Positions 33,073 to 39,700 of a DNA stretch of 64,000 bases are shown here, one piece after another (the first letter of the stretch is position 1; each line of letters begins with the position of its first letter). The notes under the pieces were generated by a model. It was not told the origin of the DNA. It worked only from the letters and a program-made list of their open reading frames with translations, and did not search any database. This DNA comes from a virus. Position numbers and translations under genes: made by a program. Location: positions 32,001-96,000 of IMG/VR virus record IMGVR_UViG_3300045988_075126. One strand, 5' to 3'.

Positions 33073-33144
33073 TCATTTCCCCTCCTTTGCCTTAATCTCC
33101 AGCTCGATAGGCTTGCCGCAATGAGGGCAGATGATAGCCGGAGA
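33073..33144 (-). pseudogene. orphan fragment of an XRE-Zn-ribbon repressor C-terminus
   Basis: Minus-strand frame SPAIICPHCGKPIELEIKAKEGK* with no start codon, preceded by a stop. Matches the C-terminus LVCPHCGKPMNVEINLKVH of 48065-48337. Confidence 0.5.
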
Positions 33145-33153
33145 TTATATAAA

Positions 33154-33172
33154 GTGAGTCACACAAAAACTG
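33154..33172 (+). promoter_or_regulatory. leader hairpin motif copy (short GTG variant)
   Basis: GTGAGTCACACAAAAACTG, 7 nt before ATG 33180. Confidence 0.5.
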
Positions 33173-33179
33173 AAAAATT

Positions 33180-33890
33180 ATGGAAATTGATAAAAGTAAA
33201 GTGTATTATTCCGTGGAGGGATTTCCTTTTAAGATTGTAAAAATGACATCAAAGTTGACTTGTATTGTTTTTGCTTTCAAACAAGGATTTATGAAAGGAG
33301 TAAGAATAGACAAGATTAACAATGTTTCTTTTCTTATAAATGGAAAAGGTTACTTTGATGTAACTACCATTGAGGAGTATTGTGATAAGTATAATTCAAA
33401 AGCGTACCAAATTTGGACTGGTATTTTATGCCGCATAGGGGTATCTGGGTATAAAGATGTGAGTGTTTGTAAGGAGTGGTTATTGTTCTCTCGTTTTGAA
33501 GAATTTCATACCAGGTGGTATCAAGAAGGTTATGCAATAGATAAAGATTTGCTTTCGGGTGATACTAAGATATATTCCCCTGATACTTGTACTTATATGC
33601 CAGGTTATTTGAACAATTCAATAACTCCCGAATTTAGTAAACGAGAATATGATTTTAAGAAATCTAATGGTATCTATTATTATGATATAGCTGATATAAA
33701 ACAACGTATTTATAGTTCCACAAAGGATGGAATTATTCACAAATACGCCATTTGTAGATGCATAAGGGTTAAAACGTATTATTCTTCGTGTTGGAAGTTT
33801 TTGCGTCCGGAAGCGAGAGAAAAGATAGAAAATATGTATCAGGTAGAACATTTAGAAAAGTATATAAAGGAACATTTAAAGGAGGATTAA
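33180..33890 (+). CDS. putative HNH-like/AP2-type homing-endonuclease-related DNA-binding protein
   Basis: Central pattern YQIWTGILCR...YKDVSVCKEWLLFSRFEEF..W...GYAIDKD....IYSPDTCTYMP resembles the Y..W..M..RC...Y.GV.VC..W..F..F..W...LDRID....Y.P.NC module of phage HNH-like proteins. From memory only. Confidence 0.4.
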   Translation: MEIDKSKVYYSVEGFPFKIVKMTSKLTCIVFAFKQGFMKGVRIDKINNVSFLINGKGYFDVTTIEEYCDKYNSKAYQIWTGILCRIGVSGYKDVSVCKEWLLFSRFEEFHTRWYQEGYAIDKDLLSGDTKIYSPDTCTYMPGYLNNSITPEFSKREYDFKKSNGIYYYDIADIKQRIYSSTKDGIIHKYAICRCIRVKTYYSSCWKFLRPEAREKIENMYQVEHLEKYIKEHLKED

Positions 33891-33955
33891 TCCTCCTTTA
33901 AATTAATTCCCATATTAATAGGTTTGCCACAAAGAAGCCAATTTAACTTGGTTGG
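33887..33955 (-). pseudogene. decayed Zn-ribbon tail, out of frame behind 33958-34281
   Basis: Minus-strand frame PTKLNWLLCGKPINMGINLKED*, shifted relative to the upstream ORF. Matches CGKPMNVEINLK of 48065-48337 but has lost the first Cys pair. Confidence 0.45.
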
Positions 33956-33957
33956 CT

Positions 33958-34281
33958 CTATTTCGTCTTTGAAGAAATTTCCAGCTTGTCAACAATAGAA
34001 CGAAGTTCTTGCAAGGAAGACGCTACAAATGTATCTCCATTTTCTGAGCGGACAAATGCACAGAAGTTAAACCTAGGCGAACACTCGCAGTAGATGTCTT
34101 CTGGGTCAACAAACAATTGCCAAGTTGGAATACCAAGAAGTTGTGCTATTTCTTCCAACCTCGCTTTTGTAGGGTTGCCATTGATAATGTTAGGGATACT
34201 TTGCTTGGTTATCCCTAACATCTTAGCAAAAGTAGTCTTTGTGATGCCTTTTTGCTTTAATATTTCTTCTAGTCTATACAT
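33958..34281 (-). CDS. XRE-family helix-turn-helix repressor-like protein
   Basis: MYRLEEILKQKGITKTTFAKMLGITKQSIPNIINGN: HTH_3 pattern. Divergently transcribed from the + strand cassette at 34445. Confidence 0.7.
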   Translation of the reverse strand: MYRLEEILKQKGITKTTFAKMLGITKQSIPNIINGNPTKARLEEIAQLLGIPTWQLFVDPEDIYCECSPRFNFCAFVRSENGDTFVASSLQELRSIVDKLEISSKTK

Positions 34282-34322
34282 ATTATATATATATTAAATG
34301 ATTGTACGAACTTATTCGTTTG

Positions 34323-34330
34323 CAAAGGTA
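34323..34330 (-). promoter_or_regulatory. Bacteroidota-type -7 box (TACCTTTG, minus strand)
   Basis: Reverse complement of CAAAGGTA, 42 nt upstream of start 34281. Confidence 0.45.
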
Positions 34331-34444
34331 CGATTAAATTACGAAAGTAAGAAGAGAATATTACTAATAAATGTGAATAAATATGGTGGTTTGAATATAT
34401 TCGTACTAACAAAGGTTAAATATAAGAAGATTTTCATACTTTCT

Positions 34445-34555
34445 CTTGGTAATATGAGAAGATATTCGTACCTTTGCAATGTCTTTAAGAGATAAAGGCT
34501 TTAAAGTTTAACTATTAATTGCTGTTATGCAGCCGAGTCGGCACTCGTAAAACGG
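34445..34555 (+). promoter_or_regulatory. promoter (CTTG -33, TACCTTTG -7 at 34469-34476) plus variant leader hairpin (34532-34555)
   Basis: CTTG-20 nt-TACCTTTGCAATG...GCCGAGTCGGCACTCGTAAAACGG (stem CGAGT/ACTCG), 9 nt before ATG 34565. Near-identical hairpin at 48602-48624. Confidence 0.6.
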
Positions 34556-34564
34556 TTTGAGGAT

Positions 34565-34903
34565 ATGACTACTTCAATTAAGAACAAGATGAGAAAGGTA
34601 ATGCAGTTGGCACATAGAGCCTATCAGTTGAAATCAAGTTCAATGTCTTGGGTTGAGTGCTTGAAACAGGCTTGGCAGGTCGTAAAGCTTGAGGCAGCGA
34701 TGAAGACCAAGGTGGTAGAGTTCTTCTTTATGAAGATGAATGGTGAGGTAAGACAAGCCTTTGGTACGCTCATCCAGAGTCACATTGACTACACTCCAAA
34801 TGGTACTGGTCATGCAGCATCAAGAGATTGCATCCGCTATTGGGATGAAGAAAAGGGCGCATGGAGACAATTCAAGGCTTACAACTTTTTGCGAGTTGCA
34901 TAA
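34565..34903 (+). CDS. hypothetical protein (paralog of 48851-49186)
   Basis: 112 aa. About 60% identical by eye to 48851-49186 (MSW.ECLKQAWQV.KL...VVEF.F.KMNGE.RQAFGTL..SHIDYTPNG). Confidence 0.7.
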   Translation: MTTSIKNKMRKVMQLAHRAYQLKSSSMSWVECLKQAWQVVKLEAAMKTKVVEFFFMKMNGEVRQAFGTLIQSHIDYTPNGTGHAASRDCIRYWDEEKGAWRQFKAYNFLRVA

Positions 34904-34943
34904 AGATATATACACGTTCTAAGGTGTTTGGCGAGGCTTTAAT

Positions 34944-34967
34944 AGGGGTGAGCCTTTAATCACCCCT
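34944..34967 (+). terminator. hairpin terminator candidate
   Basis: AGGGGTGA(34944-51)/TCACCCCT(34960-67) followed by TTAGTTT. Confidence 0.45.
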
Positions 34968-34998
34968 TTAGTTTAGGACTTTTAAATTAAAATCGAAT

Positions 34999-35211
34999 AT
35001 GTTACATTCTGAGATTGTTAGTGAGTTGAAGAACATTGGTGTACAAGTAAAACCATATAATGTTCAAGATGGCTTTATGGATATGTTCGTAAATGGTGAG
35101 GTTTACGATATGTTTGTGAAGTTTGTAAAAGAGAACAACTTAGAAGTGATATATGATAACATTCATCATTGGGATATTTTCACATGGTGTGATGCTACAA
35201 TTTGGTTTTAA
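34999..35211 (+). CDS. hypothetical protein
   Basis: ORF track, 70 aa. Confidence 0.55.
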   Translation: MLHSEIVSELKNIGVQVKPYNVQDGFMDMFVNGEVYDMFVKFVKENNLEVIYDNIHHWDIFTWCDATIWF

Positions 35212-35231
35212 TCACAAATAGAGTATAAGAT

Positions 35232-35480
35232 ATGGAGACAATTGCTAAGTGTTTGAAAGAAGTGTTCTACAAAGGGCATCATATTACCAAGGTGGAGGAC
35301 GTATTCGGTCAGGTATTCGTTCGCATTGATAATGTAGTTGAACCGGACTATGCTAGCATAGCAGAGGCGAAACGTGTAATCAATGGTAAAGCCCCAAAGT
35401 GGTTTAATGATGGTTATATGTGGGACGAAGCCAGCAAGAAAGTTGTAAAAGACCCTAACGCTTTCCGATGGGAGGAGTAA
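35232..35480 (+). CDS. hypothetical protein
   Basis: ORF track, 82 aa. Confidence 0.55.
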   Translation: METIAKCLKEVFYKGHHITKVEDVFGQVFVRIDNVVEPDYASIAEAKRVINGKAPKWFNDGYMWDEASKKVVKDPNAFRWEE

Positions 35481-35515
35481 GAAAACATAAGGTAAAGAAC
35501 TTAAAACAATTGGTT

Positions 35516-35779
35516 ATGGAAAAGTTTATTGATGGCAGTTATGTATTCGAGAAAACAAATGAGTTTCCGGATGGCTACGAAATTTGGGCGATTGGCCGAA
35601 GAAATTTCGAGCACAAAGGCTACGTACCATTGTGTGAGGTCGATGAGAACTATAACGTAAAAAGAGATACCTTGAAGGCTTTGAAAGTAAAGGATGAAGC
35701 ATTTGCTTTGGCTTTACTCTATGAAGCCGTTAAACGAGGAGTTAACAAGAAGAAGTATAACAGAATGATTAATGCATAA
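35516..35779 (+). CDS. hypothetical protein
   Basis: ATG (MEKFIDG) downstream of the upstream stop, within ORF 35468-35779. Start uncertain. Confidence 0.5.
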   Translation: MEKFIDGSYVFEKTNEFPDGYEIWAIGRRNFEHKGYVPLCEVDENYNVKRDTLKALKVKDEAFALALLYEAVKRGVNKKKYNRMINA

Positions 35780-36080
35780 GAAAATGGATGAGAATTTTCT
35801 GAATGTGCTCTATATCGAGCACACGGATAAAATAGGCGTTTTAAAGGACGATAAGGACGAAAGGGTATCGATTATCCTTGGGACGGACAAAACGCTTGTA
35901 GAACGCAAGAGAGACGGCAAAACGTACCTTCTTGTACCATTGACAAAGAACCACACCTTTGTCTGCAAGGGTAATTGCATTGATGTGGATGGTAAGCGTA
36001 TCAAGAGTGAAATCTTCTTTCGTAAGGATGGTACGCAGTGGATTGAGATCGATAAAGAAACGTTATCTAAGGTAGCGTAA
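35772..36080 (+). CDS. hypothetical protein (paralog of 49581-49880 and 4246-4590)
   Basis: LYIEHTDKIGVL...LLVPLTKNHTFVCKG..IDVDGKRIKSEIFFRKDGTQWIE aligns along its length with 49581-49880. Confidence 0.65.
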   Translation: MHKKMDENFLNVLYIEHTDKIGVLKDDKDERVSIILGTDKTLVERKRDGKTYLLVPLTKNHTFVCKGNCIDVDGKRIKSEIFFRKDGTQWIEIDKETLSKVA

Positions 36081-36098
36081 TAAAAGGAGGTTTAAGCT

Positions 36099-36356
36099 AT
36101 GAAAGTATATGTAGTAATTTCTTCGTACCAACACGGATTGGGTGAAGCTGTTGAGGTTGATGCAGAAGTCTTCGATACCAGAGATAAGGCTAGAAAGGCT
36201 ATAAGACACAAAGGAATGAACACTTTGGAGAATTACAAGCGAGTTTTGAATTGCGATGATTATCTATACAATATCTCAGATTCTTTCTTCCATATCTCAG
36301 ACAGCGAAGGAGAAACGTGGGACAATTTCGACATCGTAGAACAAGAATTAAAATAA
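36099..36356 (+). CDS. hypothetical protein
   Basis: ORF track, 85 aa. Confidence 0.55.
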   Translation: MKVYVVISSYQHGLGEAVEVDAEVFDTRDKARKAIRHKGMNTLENYKRVLNCDDYLYNISDSFFHISDSEGETWDNFDIVEQELK

Positions 36357-36363
36357 TAAAGCT

Positions 36364-36612
36364 ATGAAGATTGATGTTATCAAAAATATTATAGAAGATG
36401 CGAAGGAGTCTGGTTGCCTTGTGACAATTACACTTGTAAATGGGCAGGTATCGCATGTAAACTTCAGTAAGCAAATAAAGACGTTTACTGCTACAGATGA
36501 TGTAATCTTGGACGAAGAGGGACATCTTGTGATAATACTTGGTACGGATGGAAGTAGAGATTACATTGATAGCGATTCCGTCATTCGCATATTTAGTAAA
36601 GAAGGTGTTTAA
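36364..36612 (+). CDS. hypothetical protein
   Basis: ORF track, 82 aa. Same size and weakly similar layout to the next ORF. Confidence 0.55.
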   Translation: MKIDVIKNIIEDAKESGCLVTITLVNGQVSHVNFSKQIKTFTATDDVILDEEGHLVIILGTDGSRDYIDSDSVIRIFSKEGV

Positions 36613-36631
36613 CAATTGATTAGATAAGAAT

Positions 36632-36880
36632 ATGGATGCAGGTCATGTGAATGTGATATTAGGCGAAGCCGAGGACAAAGGTCTTAGAGGAAATATCAAC
36701 TTGGTAGGTGGAGCAAAAATAAGTTTCGACTTCAATGGTATTGGTATTGAAACATCTTTCAATTGCAATACAAAGAACAGAACACTTATGATTGGGAGTG
36801 GAAGTGCAGTAGTGTTTACACGTAAATATATTGATTGTAGCTCTATCCAGTATATTGAAGTGTTTGAACGTACAAAATAA
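36632..36880 (+). CDS. hypothetical protein
   Basis: ORF track, 82 aa. Confidence 0.55.
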   Translation: MDAGHVNVILGEAEDKGLRGNINLVGGAKISFDFNGIGIETSFNCNTKNRTLMIGSGSAVVFTRKYIDCSSIQYIEVFERTK

Positions 36881-36897
36881 TTATAGGAGACAAGAAT

Positions 36898-37182
36898 ATG
36901 AATATACTAGACTATTATGAGGTTGTCACCTCAAAGATTTTCAAGTTGGAAAGCATGAACGAGGGGCTTGTATTGATAGCACCGGAGCAGGAGGTAGATG
37001 GAGTCCGTTCCTTGATGGTGGGACTATATGTGCCAGAGCATGAACGATACAAGATGTATACTTTCCGTTCCTCTATGAACGAGGGTGAACTTGGCGACAA
37101 GTACAAGGCGATGGTCGGCACGATGGATGTGCTTAAACCGGATTGGGACAGAATTAGAAAGAAAAGACGGAAGAGGATTTAA
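36898..37182 (+). CDS. hypothetical protein
   Basis: ORF track, 94 aa, basic tail KKRRKRI. Confidence 0.55.
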   Translation: MNILDYYEVVTSKIFKLESMNEGLVLIAPEQEVDGVRSLMVGLYVPEHERYKMYTFRSSMNEGELGDKYKAMVGTMDVLKPDWDRIRKKRRKRI

Positions 37183-37367
37183 CCTCTTACCGCCTTAAGG
37201 ATGCATTCGTTGATGAAGTCACTCTTGTTTCCATCTAAAGAATTGAGGATGTCGAGTGTTTCTTCTGTGGCAGAAAAGAACATACGTTTAGCGCATTTCT
37301 TCTTGCGTCCACAGCCTTCTCTTGCACCTCCCCATGACTTGGCTGTCTTTTCTTCGTTTGTGTCCAT
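37179..37367 (-). CDS. small basic DNA-binding-like protein
   Basis: 62 aa. N-terminal KSWGGAREGCGRKKK. Convergent with 36898-37182 (4-nt overlap). Confidence 0.5.
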   Translation of the reverse strand: MDTNEEKTAKSWGGAREGCGRKKKCAKRMFFSATEETLDILNSLDGNKSDFINECILKAVRG

Positions 37368-37401
37368 ACGTTAAAAATTTGGTGGTTTGAAATAAATTTC
37401 G

Positions 37402-37458
37402 TACCTTTGCAACGAAATCCCAAGGTGGGAGGCGGTGGGCAGCACCACCTCCCTTGGA
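37402..37458 (+). promoter_or_regulatory. -7 box TACCTTTG (37402-37409) followed by GC-rich composite hairpin
   Basis: CCAAGGTGGGAGG CGGTGGGCAGCACCAC CTCCCTTGG. Inner GGTG-N5-CACC (37434-37446) resembles the leader hairpin motif. Confidence 0.4.
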
Positions 37459-37607
37459 GTTAGAATAATCTAATCGTGAATGATAAGATTTCTATTTTCC
37501 AAATCTTCAATGAAACTTTGAGAACGTTCATAAGACTTTGGGATTTCATTTTACCTACTCTTTCAGGTTTTCGGCATCCCCTTTGTAATCTCTCTTTGAT
37601 TACACTG

Positions 37608-37615
37608 CAAAGATA
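37608..37615 (-). promoter_or_regulatory. Bacteroidota-type -7 box (TATCTTTG, minus strand)
   Basis: Reverse complement of CAAAGATA. Would give a ~230-nt leader for 37179-37367. Confidence 0.4.
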
Positions 37616-37710
37616 CGAAAAATATTTGAAATATGCAAACTATTTCAAGATTATTTTAAGAAAACATGAAAATAAATTAGAGTTTTCTTGCATTTTTCAA
37701 AGGTTTTTGC

Positions 37711-37718
37711 TACCTTTG
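37711..37718 (+). promoter_or_regulatory. Bacteroidota-type -7 box (TACCTTTG)
   Basis: 28 nt upstream of ATG 37747. Confidence 0.45.
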
Positions 37719-37746
37719 CAGATGTAAACAATAAAACAATGAGCTT

Positions 37747-38151
37747 ATGAAAGTATTATCAATTCGCCAGCCGTATGCTTGGTTAATCGCTATCGGCTGC
37801 AAGACCATTGAAAACAGAACCTGGAATAGAAAGTTCCGTGGTCGTTTCCTTATTCATGCTAGCCAAGCCAAACCCGAAAAACTTGACGGATGGCAGGAGA
37901 GCGCAATGAAGAAATATTGCCAAGAGCATGGTATTGTTATTCCGGACTTCAAAGACTTGCCAACGTCAGCCATTATCGGCAGCGTAGAGTTGGATGATAT
38001 TCAATTCCATGAGGCTTATCCGGATGCGTTTGCTGAAGATTTTCAGTATCACTGGTTCTTGAAGAATGCTAAATTGTTCGATGAGCCGATTAGAAACGTC
38101 AAAGGCAAGTTGTTCCTCTGGGATTATGAGTACAATGAAGCTGAAAAGTAA
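37747..38151 (+). CDS. ASCH (PUA-like) domain protein
   Basis: MKVLSIRQPYAWLIAIGCKTIENRTWNRKFRGRFLIHAS matches the ASCH pattern SI.QPWA..I..G.K..E.R. Confidence 0.65.
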   Translation: MKVLSIRQPYAWLIAIGCKTIENRTWNRKFRGRFLIHASQAKPEKLDGWQESAMKKYCQEHGIVIPDFKDLPTSAIIGSVELDDIQFHEAYPDAFAEDFQYHWFLKNAKLFDEPIRNVKGKLFLWDYEYNEAEK

Positions 38152-38266
38152 AATAACAATACTTCTGTAATAAAAATACAAGTCGTTGAAAATTAGAGCA
38201 AAAGTATTTGTTATTCTCTAGAGTAGATAAGAATCAAATGTAAATATATTATTAAACGTTTAGATC

Positions 38267-38740
38267 ATGAAGAAGGTCTTATATTTTATTTCTTTTGTTG
38301 TGCTTTTGTTGACTAGTTGTACATCAAAGGAAAACAAAGCAGATGCCCTTATTAAGGCAAGAGGGTTTGAATGCGCCAATGTAGAGAAGTTAGAGGAATT
38401 TCAATGCAATCCTGCTTCTACCGAAATGATTATGGTTGCTTATAATAGTTTGTGGCGCAACGACTCGTTGTCTAGGAATATGCATTTGTCTAGTAGTAAT
38501 ATCAATTATGTTTGTAATGAGATACAAAGACAAGAGCAAAATGCAAAAAATCTGTTGGAAAAAGCTGATGAGATTGGCATGATTAATAATCATACAGAAT
38601 TATGTGGTTATTATGTTGTTATCTCTCCCGATAAGATTAATGGTGCGTATATAGACAAAAATAGAAAATGTACAAGGTATGAGGTCTTCTTTGATAAAGA
38701 TGTCGAACGCATCATAGGAATACATCCAATTCGTAAATAA
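38267..38740 (+). CDS. lipoprotein
   Basis: MKKVLYFISFVVLLLTSCTSKE: signal peptide with lipobox LTSC. Confidence 0.65.
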   Translation: MKKVLYFISFVVLLLTSCTSKENKADALIKARGFECANVEKLEEFQCNPASTEMIMVAYNSLWRNDSLSRNMHLSSSNINYVCNEIQRQEQNAKNLLEKADEIGMINNHTELCGYYVVISPDKINGAYIDKNRKCTRYEVFFDKDVERIIGIHPIRK

Positions 38741-38800
38741 ACGAATTAACAGGTTTAGTGTTGTAAAGTTAGTATATTGACAATTTAAATAAATGTGATT

Positions 38801-39520
38801 ATGAAGAAGAAATTAATAATTGCCATCATCGCAGCTATCGTTGTGATAGGTGGCGGCATTGGTGGTTATGTGTACCATTCTAACCAAGTGAAGGCAGAGA
38901 AGCTAGCTGATTACAAAAAGGCATTGCAGGGTTTTTATGAAGGTGAAAGAGACATGACCTATGGAATTGACTTTATCCTTACTGATTATTTAGCTAATTG
39001 GAGTGGAGCGATACATAATCAAAAAGCATTGGACAAGACAAACAAAGTGGTTGATTGTGAATCTTTTAATGATGCACTTTCAATGAGATATACATTTTAT
39101 ACAAGATTTGGTGCTTTCAACACTATTGATAGTGCCTATATAGCTTTAGGTAAATATTTAGAAACTATAAAAAACAATGCGAAAGAAGAAAATTCTGATG
39201 TAGTAAAACTTTGCGAAAAGCAGTATGAGGAGTTGAGTAATGCAATTACTATGGCAAAAGACCCAAATGGTTCTTATATGGAATTTTCTATGCAGAAAGG
39301 AAATTGTTTTCAAAAATTATATAGTACAGACCGAATATTGGCATCAAAAGGGAATGTTATAAAAAAAGATTTAGGAAGTCTGAATATGGCAGTTCATGGA
39401 GAGCTTTTTCTAGTAGATAGAAATTTAAAGACCAAGGAAGGTTATAAGGAGTATAGTAAAAGAGAGGGGATGCTTATGGATATTTCCTGGAGATTACAAA
39501 ATGTTGATTACGATGATTAG
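38801..39520 (+). CDS. membrane-anchored protein
   Basis: First ATG of ORF 38795-39520. N-terminal TM KKKLIIAIIAAIVVIGGGIGGYVY. Confidence 0.6.
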   Translation: MKKKLIIAIIAAIVVIGGGIGGYVYHSNQVKAEKLADYKKALQGFYEGERDMTYGIDFILTDYLANWSGAIHNQKALDKTNKVVDCESFNDALSMRYTFYTRFGAFNTIDSAYIALGKYLETIKNNAKEENSDVVKLCEKQYEELSNAITMAKDPNGSYMEFSMQKGNCFQKLYSTDRILASKGNVIKKDLGSLNMAVHGELFLVDRNLKTKEGYKEYSKREGMLMDISWRLQNVDYDD

Positions 39521-39559
39521 ATAGTTTTTATATAGAAGAAAAATAAGTAAACAAGACCT

Positions 39560-39594
39560 AGCCTTCTGCATGTGAATGTGGAAGGCTTTTTTTG
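39560..39594 (+). terminator. intrinsic terminator
   Basis: AGCCTTC(39560-66)/GAAGGCT(39581-87) followed by TTTTTTTG. Confidence 0.65.
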
Positions 39595-39675
39595 TGTCTA
39601 GACCTTATTCTTTGCACTTAAAGCTTTTGTGAAATCACACCTTTTAATTCATTCGTTATTCCTTTGATTATTAGC

Positions 39676-39683
39676 TAATTTTG
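39676..39683 (+). promoter_or_regulatory. Bacteroidota-type -7 box (TAATTTTG)
   Basis: 17 nt upstream of ATG 39701. No good -33 element. Confidence 0.35.
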
Positions 39684-39700
39684 CCAATAAAAAGTAAAAT

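Noticed and set aside
37476-37727. Track ORF of 83 aa (non-ATG start).
   Set aside because: It runs across two promoter-like TAnnTTTG boxes and an AT-rich control region, with odd composition. More likely non-coding.
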